A stretch of DNA of 57,073 nt, from positions 1 to 57,073 of the forward strand of contig JASGCL010000007.1 in the NCBI GenBank assembly GCA_030054115.1. Reading direction: 5' to 3'. A model generated the notes under the pieces. That model did no database searches, was not told where the DNA came from, and saw only the letters and a list, made by a program, of their open reading frames with translations. The position numbers were made by a program, and so were the translations under genes. Position 1 is the first letter of the stretch. Every line of letters begins with the position of its first letter. Below are positions 1 through 7,370 of the stretch, in pieces. This DNA comes from Hydrotalea sp. Lineage in GTDB: Bacteria; Pseudomonadota; Alphaproteobacteria; JASGCL01.

Positions 1-94
1 TCATCTTTATTGGTATGTTTTTTCAATAGCACGAATGGCGCGGCGTTGCAAGGGGGGGGTACGCAGGCGATAAAAAGAAAAACTAGAGCTTATG

Positions 95-123
95 TTGTAT
101 TCTATGGCGAATCACTTCATAAT
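95..123 (+). promoter_or_regulatory. sigma70-like promoter candidate P1 (TTGTAT-17 nt-CATAAT) upstream of small ORF 212..361
   Basis: TTGTAT at 95..100, a 17-nt spacer and CATAAT at 118..123. The spacer ends with GAATCACTT (109..117). Confidence 0.3.
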
Positions 124-211
124 ACTATACTTTTATTTTAGATGAGAATCTAGAATAAAAACTAAAGGGACATTTTATTAACAAACTATATAGAGAAAGG
201 AGGTGAGAAAC

Positions 212-361
212 ATGTTAACTACAAATTATAACAAACCTAAAAAAAGCTATGTGCATTGTATAAAATACAATCCATTAGCAAAACGGCCAGCAGATGCAAA
301 AAATCTTGAATCATCTCAAGATGTAGTAGCAGTGGCTAAACGAAAAGAAGAAGATAAATAA
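212..361 (+). CDS. small hypothetical protein (49 aa), below the ORF-track length cutoff
   Basis: The ATG at 212 is preceded by a near-perfect Shine-Dalgarno AAAGGAGGTGA (197..207). My translation is MLTTNYNKPKKSYVHCIKYNPLAKRPADAKNLESSQDVVAVAKRKEEDK, with TAA at 359..361. A rho-independent terminator follows. I recognise no family. Confidence 0.35.
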   Translation: MLTTNYNKPKKSYVHCIKYNPLAKRPADAKNLESSQDVVAVAKRKEEDK

Positions 362-434
362 TCTTCTACGATTCATTCTGAGCCCATAATAATATCCGAC
401 TAAGGTTATTGTTTGAGGAAATGGGTTTCAGGAA

Positions 435-474
435 AAAGGTGGCCAGCGATTCTGCTGGCCACCTTTCTTTTTTT
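435..474 (+). terminator. rho-independent terminator
   Basis: Perfect 13-bp stem AAAGGTGGCCAGC (435..447) / GCTGGCCACCTTT (454..466) with a 6-nt loop, followed by CTTTTTTT (467..474). Confidence 0.6.
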
Positions 475-489
475 AAAGAAGTTTTTAAT

Positions 490-518
490 TTGACAATGGT
501 ATAAAAAGAAAATACAAT
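490..518 (+). promoter_or_regulatory. near-consensus sigma70 promoter P2 (TTGACA-17 nt-TACAAT)
   Basis: TTGACA at 490..495, a 17-nt spacer and TACAAT at 513..518. The ATG at 524 lies only 5 nt after the -10 hexamer, with no Shine-Dalgarno, so the mRNA would be leaderless or nearly so. Confidence 0.45.
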
Positions 519-523
519 TGGGC

Positions 524-799
524 ATGTATATTTCTGCCAAAAAATTATTAGAAATGGGCGATAAAATAAATGATTATCGCCTCGATTCAAGTTTGTTTTT
601 GCTTGAGCCCCACGAATATGATTATGACCTTTATTTACAAAAAGCCGTAAAAGAAAAAGACGGCTCAATAACCCTTATCACCGAGGAAGGTTTGGATTTT
701 GCTTTTGACCCTGAGCGCGAGGTTTGTGTTCGCGTCGATAGAAGCGATGGATATGTAGCTAGGTTAAATAAATTAGCAGACCTTAATAGCGACCATTAA
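524..799 (+). CDS. hypothetical protein (91 aa from ATG 524; the ORF track starts at TTG 518)
   Basis: Open frame directly downstream of the consensus promoter and convergent with the methyltransferase gene. I recognise no motif and no obvious HTH. Confidence 0.4.
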   Translation: MYISAKKLLEMGDKINDYRLDSSLFLLEPHEYDYDLYLQKAVKEKDGSITLITEEGLDFAFDPEREVCVRVDRSDGYVARLNKLADLNSDH

Positions 800-801
800 G
801 T

Positions 802-1638
802 TTATATCAGCCAACCCGCCTCTTGCTTATATTCATCCATGTCTAATTGTTGCTGGCGTTGTTGTAACGGCAATTTATATTCGTCTTTAATTTTTCCGTC
901 ATTGGCCAATCGGTCAAGAATCATTTCGTAATATTCTTCGTTCAATTCACAAGAAATAAATTGTCGTAATAATTTTTTGCAAAGCACCAATTCGGAGCCG
1001 CTACCGCCAAACAAAATAAAAACCTTATCCTGTTCTTTGGTGCAGGATTTTATAAGCATTTCAACCAAGGGCAAGGGAATTTGGCAGGCGTGAAATGTTT
1101 TATCCTTTGAAACATTTTTAACAAGGTCGTAATAAAACCATGAATAGGGCATGCGGCCCAAATGGCCATCTTGAATCCTTTGTTGGATTCTTTTGTCATT
1201 TGGGTTTTGATAAGGGACGGCAATTGCGTCTTTGTAAAAATTATTATTTTTGCTTTTGGTGGCGTGCAAGATAGAACGATGCGCCGTCGTCAAGCGGCGC
1301 GGCGTATGGCCAACATTGGTGTTGTAAACCCAAACATAATCTTGCACGTCGTAGGCATTGTCGTCTAAAAATTTTACGCGCAGGTGGGCATTCTGCTTTG
1401 GGTAATTCATCATAAATAAATTGCCGGTTGGTTTTAACACGCGCAGGGATTCGCGGGTTAGTTCGATATACCACTCAATATATTCATCCCACTTTTTGGT
1501 ATAATCACTGCCGTGGTAATTGATGCCAACATTATAATCGGGGTCGCCGTAAACCAAGTCGAGCGATTCATCGGGCAGGCTTTTTAAAACCTTAATTACA
1601 TCGTCATTAAAAACGCGGTTAAAAGATAAATTTTGCAT
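802..1638 (-). CDS. beta-class N6-adenine/N4-cytosine DNA methyltransferase (N6_N4_Mtase type)
   Basis: Motif IV-like DPDY sits at the N-terminus (GDPDYNVG, nt 1534..1545). The AdoMet-binding motif I-like FGGSGS lies near the C-terminus, which is the beta-class circular permutation. The gene is directly downstream of a PD-(D/E)XK candidate. Confidence 0.85.
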   Translation of the reverse strand: MQNLSFNRVFNDDVIKVLKSLPDESLDLVYGDPDYNVGINYHGSDYTKKWDEYIEWYIELTRESLRVLKPTGNLFMMNYPKQNAHLRVKFLDDNAYDVQDYVWVYNTNVGHTPRRLTTAHRSILHATKSKNNNFYKDAIAVPYQNPNDKRIQQRIQDGHLGRMPYSWFYYDLVKNVSKDKTFHACQIPLPLVEMLIKSCTKEQDKVFILFGGSGSELVLCKKLLRQFISCELNEEYYEMILDRLANDGKIKDEYKLPLQQRQQQLDMDEYKQEAGWLI

Positions 1639-1643
1639 GATGG

Positions 1644-2453
1644 TTATTCGTGGATAAGATGATAGCTTGCTGATTTAATAAATTCTATTGAGCCCATGTC
1701 TTCTGGATTTTTAAAACGATAACACCACAAGTTGAGAATATTTGAAAGCTTGTCTTTGCGCGTAAGATAAACTGCGTAGATTTCTTTTAACGAACCATTT
1801 ACTTTCTCATCCTTCCTCGCTTGATGATAATAGTAGCAAGGATTAAATAATTGATAAATAGAGAAGTCTATCGGCGTGCCATTTTTGGCTTCAAACACCG
1901 CGACCACCCCTTGATATTCAATGGTTAAATCAATTTCCATCTGTAAGGATTTTTTTGTTTCAACCAATTGGTTATTTATTAAATAAGACATTTGGTATTT
2001 TGTCCGATGCGGAAAATAAGTCTTTGGTCTTTTTTTAATATCGGGATGATTAACATCGCAATTTTCACCAAAAACAAAATGGTGCAAAATCCTTTGATTG
2101 TTGGCAACCGATAACAGATTGCTTTCGCTTGTATTGTAATTATTTAACAAACTTTTTTGATATGGCCATTGGATTTGGTCATTTGTTAGTTCAAACGTAT
2201 GATATAAGTTATTTATACCATATACGAATTGATGATAGCCGCCCCCTAGATGAATCAATCCATAATTCATCTCCCGTAAAATAGGTGGCAATTTAGTTGA
2301 CGAATCTATTTTCGTGACGTCAAATTGATTGCTAAATGTTCCTTGAGAAATTTTTTTAACATCATCGTTATGAAAGACAAAATCGCCTTTCTTTTTACAA
2401 TCAGTAAATAATATCTCAATGATTTGTTTTTTGCTTAATTTTTTCTTAATCAT
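1644..2453 (-). CDS. putative type II restriction endonuclease (PD-(D/E)XK candidate), cognate to the methyltransferase
   Basis: It lies 5 nt upstream of the methyltransferase on the same strand. The segment EIDLTIEYQGVVAVFEAKNG fits D-x13-E-x-K. A strong Shine-Dalgarno AAGGAGGG (2459..2466) precedes it and the DNA is AT-rich. Specificity is unknown. Confidence 0.55.
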   Translation of the reverse strand: MIKKKLSKKQIIEILFTDCKKKGDFVFHNDDVKKISQGTFSNQFDVTKIDSSTKLPPILREMNYGLIHLGGGYHQFVYGINNLYHTFELTNDQIQWPYQKSLLNNYNTSESNLLSVANNQRILHHFVFGENCDVNHPDIKKRPKTYFPHRTKYQMSYLINNQLVETKKSLQMEIDLTIEYQGVVAVFEAKNGTPIDFSIYQLFNPCYYYHQARKDEKVNGSLKEIYAVYLTRKDKLSNILNLWCYRFKNPEDMGSIEFIKSASYHLIHE

Positions 2454-2471
2454 AACTACCCTCCTTTTTCT

Positions 2472-2500
2472 AAATTAAAGTGATTCTTTTTATACGACAA
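2472..2500 (-). promoter_or_regulatory. promoter candidate P3 for the R-M operon (TTGTCG-17 nt-TAATTT)
   Basis: The minus strand reads TTGTCGTATAAAAAGAATCACTTTAATTT. It shares GTATAAAAAGAA with P2 and GAATCACTT with P1. Confidence 0.35.
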
Positions 2501-2576
2501 GTTTTAATTTAGGAGATAGTTGCATGCGCGTGGTTTGCCGCGCGAAATAAATAAAGAATCATGCTACATTTGTGGC

Positions 2577-3962
2577 ATGGTTAAGCAACCCCTGCCCGAT
2601 TTGTTTTCTATCATGGCGCCGACGCCGCGCGCCGGGCCCGACGCGCCGCGCTCAACCACAATAATGAATGACGCAACGCATGCCGCAACGAATGACGCAT
2701 CAGACAAGGCGGCCACCCGCGCCGCCGCAAACCCCGCCCCCAATGATTCGCCCGAACCGGTCGGGGTTATTTCGGCGCGGTTGAAATCGGCCATCGAACA
2801 GCAATTCGACCATGTGCGGGTGGTGGGCGAAATTTCCAGTTTTAAGCAAGCCCCGTCTGGCCATGGGTATTTTAATTTGAAAGACCCCGATGAAAAAGAA
2901 AAATCGGTGCTGAATTGTTTTTTGTTGAAACATAAATTTTCTTACTTGCCGTTCAAACCGGTCGAGGGCATGATGGTAGTGGCCACCGGAAAAATCAGCA
3001 CCTACGCCGCGCGGTCGAATTACCAATTATTCATCGACCGATTGGAATTGGCCGGCACCGGCAATTTGTTACAAATTTTGGCCGAACGCAAACAAAAACT
3101 ATTGGCCGAGGGTTTGTTCGACGCCGCGCGGAAAAAGCCCCTGCCGCCATTTCCCAAAACCATCGGCGTTATCACATCGCCGACCGGCGCGGTGATACGC
3201 GACATCATCCACCGCGTTACCGCGCGATTCCCCTGCCACGTTTTGCTTTACCCCGTGTTGGTCCAGGGCGAGGGCGCACCGGCCGATGTGTGCCGCGCCA
3301 TTGCCGCGATGAATCAATTGTCGGCGGGCGACGAACAATTCCCCCGCCCCGACGTGTTGATTATCGCGCGTGGTGGCGGCGCGTTAGAGGATTTATGGAC
3401 GTTCAACGAGGAAGCCGTGGTGCGTGCCGTCGCGGCCAGCACCATCCCCACTATTTCGGCCATCGGCCATGAAACCGACACCACCCTTATCGATTTTGCG
3501 GCCGACATGCGCGCCCCCACCCCGACCGCCGCGGCGGAAATCGCCCTGCCATTTTTATTGACCGATGTCTTGCAACAATTAAGCGACAGCCAAGCGCAAA
3601 TCGCCCGCGTCAGCCAACGCATGATAAACCAGTTTGAAAAAAACCTTGCCCATTGGCGGGCACGTATTTTATCCCCCGCCAATATCATTGCGCAAAAAAC
3701 CACCGCGTTAAATGTTGCGACCAACGATTTGCGGCAATGGCAAAAATATTTTTTTGCCGAACGCGGCGAAAAAATGGCAACCCTTGGCCGGTTATTGGAA
3801 TCGCTGTCTTATAAAAAAACATTGCAACGCGGTTACAGCATCGCGCGGCAACAGGGGGAAATTGTGTCGCGCAAATCGGCCATTGCGCCGCACCAATCGG
3901 TCGCGTTGGAATTTGCCGACGGCGAAATTAACTTGCCGCCAGCAACATCAAAAAGCGAATGA
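2577..3962 (+). CDS. xseA: exodeoxyribonuclease VII large subunit
   Basis: The OB-fold N-terminal region (RVVGEISSFKQAPSGHGYFNLKD) and the catalytic region (IARGGGALEDLWTFNEE, IGHETDTTL) are typical of XseA. The start is uncertain: TTG 2520, ATG 2577 or a later ATG. A low-complexity N-terminal extension is present. Confidence 0.9.
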   Translation: MVKQPLPDLFSIMAPTPRAGPDAPRSTTIMNDATHAATNDASDKAATRAAANPAPNDSPEPVGVISARLKSAIEQQFDHVRVVGEISSFKQAPSGHGYFNLKDPDEKEKSVLNCFLLKHKFSYLPFKPVEGMMVVATGKISTYAARSNYQLFIDRLELAGTGNLLQILAERKQKLLAEGLFDAARKKPLPPFPKTIGVITSPTGAVIRDIIHRVTARFPCHVLLYPVLVQGEGAPADVCRAIAAMNQLSAGDEQFPRPDVLIIARGGGALEDLWTFNEEAVVRAVAASTIPTISAIGHETDTTLIDFAADMRAPTPTAAAEIALPFLLTDVLQQLSDSQAQIARVSQRMINQFEKNLAHWRARILSPANIIAQKTTALNVATNDLRQWQKYFFAERGEKMATLGRLLESLSYKKTLQRGYSIARQQGEIVSRKSAIAPHQSVALEFADGEINLPPATSKSE

Positions 3963-3993
3963 GGCTTTAAGCGCGGACGCCAAGCGGCCGACA

Positions 3994-4224
3994 TTAAGCG
4001 TCGGGCAAGGCGTTGAAACGTTTTTCGGCGTCGACCATGAATTTGGCGCGTTCTTCATCGGTCGCATTTTGCATACGCTCGCGCAGAATTATATGCCCAG
4101 CATCGCCATTGTTGCACATTGCCATAACATGGGCACGCATGTTTTGCCCGATTTCGGCGAATGAATTGCCGGTGATAACGGTGTCGCACGCGCCGCCCAT
4201 TTCTTTGCACATTACTTTTTTCAT
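3994..4224 (-). CDS. DUF1059-like small metal-binding protein, copy 1
   Basis: The N-terminus MKKVMCKEMGGACDTVITGNSFAEI...H fits the MKxxxCxdxGxxCd...H pattern of DUF1059. It shares the C-terminal KRFNALPDA with copy 2. Confidence 0.6.
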   Translation of the reverse strand: MKKVMCKEMGGACDTVITGNSFAEIGQNMRAHVMAMCNNGDAGHIILRERMQNATDEERAKFMVDAEKRFNALPDA

Positions 4225-4425
4225 GATTTTTACCTCTTCATAAAATAGTTAGGTTGGTTTGTTGCTTCATTCTATCGCAAGTTGCTTCCATCGCGCAACA
4301 ACAAAATTATTGCGCGTTGGAATTTGCCGACGGCGAGATTACCCGCGCCGTCACCATCAACATTAAAAAGCAAATAAAGCCCAGATAAAGTCCAGATAAA
4401 GCCCGGGCAAAGCCAACCCGAACCC

Positions 4426-4656
4426 TTAGGCGTCGGGTAAGGCGTTGAAGCGTTTTTCGATACCCGCCAAAAATTCGGCGCGGTATTCGGCGGTCACGTT
4501 GTCCATGCTGTCGCGTAGCGCTATGTGGGCGGCATCACCCTTGTCGCACATTTCCTTAAGGTGGGCATGCATCGCCTTGCCCATTTCGCTGAAGGAGTTA
4601 GCGCTGAGGGGGGCGTCGCAAACGCCACCCATTTCTTTGCAATGTGTTTTCTTCAT
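4426..4656 (-). CDS. DUF1059-like small metal-binding protein, copy 2
   Basis: Paralog of 3994..4224 (MKKTHCKEMGGVCDAPLSANSFSEM...KRFNALPDA). Confidence 0.6.
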   Translation of the reverse strand: MKKTHCKEMGGVCDAPLSANSFSEMGKAMHAHLKEMCDKGDAAHIALRDSMDNVTAEYRAEFLAGIEKRFNALPDA

Positions 4657-4812
4657 TTTTTCTTTTCTCTTTATAAAGTTGTTACAGGTTTATGGTTTGT
4701 CACGTTATTTTATCGCGAGGTTGCAGTTCACATCAAGGACAAATGTAATTATTTTTATTATTTTTTTAACCATGTCTTGCGCGGCACATGGAAAAAGGGT
4801 AAAAAAAAAATC

Positions 4813-5889
4813 ATGAGGTGTTTTTTACCATTGTTGGGCATGGGCCGTGCCATAATTTTTGCGATATTTGTCATAACCCAGCCCTCATCGCTCCATGCCC
4901 AAACTGGTGCAGAAACCAAGGCAACGCCCACCGCCGCACCCAATAACAGCGACAGCATCGCCGATAAGGGGATAAAATCGGTTGCCGACCAGGCCATCAC
5001 CCCGCCGGATTTTTTTCTGCGCGGCCAATTGCAACAGGGTGGATTCCTTATCGGCAAATTGCCCGATGTCAGCCGCGATAACCCGGGGGAAAAAATTGTC
5101 GCCGTTATTTATGGCGACCGGCATCTTACCCTGTCGCCGCCCATCAACCCCGCCACCGGCGCGGGCGACAAGCCTGCCTCTAATTCGGCCACCAAATCGG
5201 CCGCCAAATCAGCCAATGCTAGCACCAACGACGCGCGGGAATTTTTTATTGCCTTCGACCGAGAAGACCCAGCCGACCAACAAATAACCTTCGTCCTCAG
5301 CAATGGCAAAAAAATAACCGAAACATTTAAAATTAAACAATCGGTTTATGATATTCAACATGTCAACGGCGTCATGAACAAATATGTCAACCCCGACGCG
5401 GAACAAATCGACCTGATTAAAAAACAAAACGAGATGGTGGTTGCCCTACGCAAAACCAGCGATGAGACAAATTTTTCGCCGCTGGCGCAATTTATTTGGC
5501 CGGCCGAGGGGGAAATCAGCGGCATTTTCGGCAGTCAACGCGTGCTGAATGGCGAAGCGCGCAACCCCCATTACGGCGTCGACCTGGCGTTAAAAATTGG
5601 CACGCCGGTGCGCGCGCCACAAAGCGGTAAAATAATATTGGCGCAGAAATTTTTTCTGTCGGGCAACACCATGGTTATCGACCATGGCATCGGCGTGCAA
5701 TCGGTTTTCATGCACCTCGATAGTTTTAAGGTTAAGGAGGGCGATGTCGTGAAGCAAGGCCAATTGGTCGCGACATCGGGCAACACCGGCCGCACCACCG
5801 GCCCGCACTTGCATTGGCAGGTCAATTGGTATAGAAAAAAATTTAACGCGCAGTTTTTACCAAAAAATCAAAAGGTCGCAAAAAACTAA
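4813..5889 (+). CDS. M23 family metallopeptidase (secreted)
   Basis: HYGVDLA (HxxxD) and GPHLHW (HxH) motifs are present, and the N-terminus is signal-like (MRCFLPLLGMGRAIIFAIFVITQPSSLHA). I set the start at ATG 4813. The longer track ORF from 4525 runs antisense through the DUF1059 gene. Confidence 0.85.
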   Translation: MRCFLPLLGMGRAIIFAIFVITQPSSLHAQTGAETKATPTAAPNNSDSIADKGIKSVADQAITPPDFFLRGQLQQGGFLIGKLPDVSRDNPGEKIVAVIYGDRHLTLSPPINPATGAGDKPASNSATKSAAKSANASTNDAREFFIAFDREDPADQQITFVLSNGKKITETFKIKQSVYDIQHVNGVMNKYVNPDAEQIDLIKKQNEMVVALRKTSDETNFSPLAQFIWPAEGEISGIFGSQRVLNGEARNPHYGVDLALKIGTPVRAPQSGKIILAQKFFLSGNTMVIDHGIGVQSVFMHLDSFKVKEGDVVKQGQLVATSGNTGRTTGPHLHWQVNWYRKKFNAQFLPKNQKVAKN

Positions 5890-5891
5890 TC

Positions 5892-6659
5892 ATGCTTATT
5901 ATCCTGTCGCCCGCCAAAAAATTACAATCGCCAAAAAAATCGACAGCGCAACCCTTAACCAGCCCGATGTTTTTTTCATCGGCGATGGCTATTGTCGATT
6001 TGTTGCAACAAAAAAAACCTGCCGAATTAAAAAAATTCTTGCGCGACGCAATGGATATTTCCGATAAATTGGTCGAGGAAAATTTTGCAAGATTTTTGAA
6101 TTTTAAAAAAGACAACACCATCGGCACGCCGGCGGCCTTGACCTTTGCCGGCGATACGTTCCAAGGGTTGAAGCCCGAGCAATGGAGCGCGACGGAAGAA
6201 AAAATCGCCAGTCAACATCTGTTCATTCTTTCGGGGCTTTATGGTTTGTTGCGGCCGTTTGATATTATTCAACCTTACCGCATGGAAATGGGAATCGAGC
6301 TAGCACTTGACGGCCACAAAAACCTTTATGAATTTTGGCGGGCACACATCACCGATGTTTTGCAAACCGAGCGTGAGCTCATTGTTAATTGCGCGTCGAA
6401 CGAATATGCGTCTGTCATTGACCAAAAAAAATTAAACGCGCCGTTTTTGACGATTGATTTTAAAATGGCAAAGCAGAACAAATTACAAAGCCCCGGCATG
6501 GTGATAAAAAATTTTCGTGGCCAGATGGCATCGGCCTTGATAAAAAAAATGGCGCGCGGCGCGCGCATCACCCCCGATGTTATCAAAAACACGCCGGTCG
6601 CGGGTTATGAATTTTCAGCAAACGCTTCGACCGACGCGGTTTTTTGTTTTGTGAAATAA
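5892..6659 (+). CDS. yaaA: peroxide stress protein YaaA (UPF0246/DUF328)
   Basis: MLIILSPAKKL..., SGLYGLLRPFDIIQPYRMEMG and NCASNEY closely parallel E. coli YaaA. Confidence 0.9.
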   Translation: MLIILSPAKKLQSPKKSTAQPLTSPMFFSSAMAIVDLLQQKKPAELKKFLRDAMDISDKLVEENFARFLNFKKDNTIGTPAALTFAGDTFQGLKPEQWSATEEKIASQHLFILSGLYGLLRPFDIIQPYRMEMGIELALDGHKNLYEFWRAHITDVLQTERELIVNCASNEYASVIDQKKLNAPFLTIDFKMAKQNKLQSPGMVIKNFRGQMASALIKKMARGARITPDVIKNTPVAGYEFSANASTDAVFCFVK

Positions 6660-6713
6660 TACGTCTATAGCCGGCCGATTTGACAGACTTCGCGCAATGT
6701 AATAAAAGTAATC

Positions 6714-7370
6714 ATGAGCTTTCTTTCCGACCCCGAATTTTATCACGTTGTCTATTTAAGTTTTTGGGTTGCCTTTTATAGTATATTTTTTGCCTTCGTG
6801 CTTGGCTTTCCCTTTGGCTTGCTCATCGGCATGAATAGTTTCCGCCTGAAAAAACTAACCCTGCTGGCGGTCAGCAGTTTCCTCGCCTTCCCCTCGGTGG
6901 TGGTTGGTTTGTTGGTGTTTTTGTTATTGTCGCAAGTCGGGCCGCTCGGCGGGCTCGATTTGCTTTTCACCCCAACCGGCATGGTCATTGCCCAGGGGTT
7001 GCTGGTTTTGCCATTCGTGATATTCACCAGCCAGCAACAGATAAACCAAGTTTACGACCGTTACCGCCCGTTGTTTAAATCGTTAAAAAAAAGCAAATGG
7101 CTTTCGGCCATGACGATTATTTACGAGGGGCGGATTCAAATCCTCACCATGCTGGCCAATGGTTTTGCCCGCGCCCTGTCGGCCATTGGCGCGGTGATGA
7201 TCGTCGGCGGCAACATCAGTGGCCAAACGCGGCTCCTCACCACCGATATTTCGTTGCAAATCAGCCAGGGGAATTTTGCCCTCGCCCTTGCACTGGGTGC
7301 GATATTGCTGGCTATCTCGCTTATCATCAACACCGTGGTTTTTTTATTACAAGATGCGATTAGAAATTAA
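6714..7370 (+). CDS. ABC transporter permease (TupB-like, tungstate/anion-type)
   Basis: Multi-pass membrane protein. SAIGAVMIVGGNISGQTRLLTTDI resembles the TupB-type permease signature. The stop overlaps the downstream ATPase start by 17 nt. Confidence 0.65.
   Translation: MSFLSDPEFYHVVYLSFWVAFYSIFFAFVLGFPFGLLIGMNSFRLKKLTLLAVSSFLAFPSVVVGLLVFLLLSQVGPLGGLDLLFTPTGMVIAQGLLVLPFVIFTSQQQINQVYDRYRPLFKSLKKSKWLSAMTIIYEGRIQILTMLANGFARALSAIGAVMIVGGNISGQTRLLTTDISLQISQGNFALALALGAILLAISLIINTVVFLLQDAIRN

Larger units (their letters stand above)
3903..4750. repeat. diverged tandem segmental duplication (two units of roughly 410-430 bp), each with an xseA 3' end segment, a DUF1059-like gene and its upstream region
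   Basis: GCGTTGGAATTTGCCGACGGCGA at 3903..3925 (inside xseA) recurs at 4313..4335 (intergenic). The 76-aa ORFs at 3994..4224 and 4426..4656 are paralogous, and their upstream regions also align by eye. Confidence 0.75.

Noticed and set aside
1-143. Possible 3' end of a plus-strand gene entering from the left edge (frame 1 open to TAG at 141..143)
   Set aside because: It is too short and truncated to evaluate, and the composition changes at about position 70. I did not call it.
366-668. 100-aa ORF on the minus strand in island A
   Set aside because: It crosses the terminator hairpin and the consensus promoter and overlaps the better-supported plus-strand ORF. It has no ribosome-binding site.
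4525-4812. N-terminal 96-aa extension of the M23 peptidase ORF
   Set aside because: It runs antisense through the DUF1059 copy-2 gene. ATG 4813 gives a normal signal peptide, so the extension is not coding.
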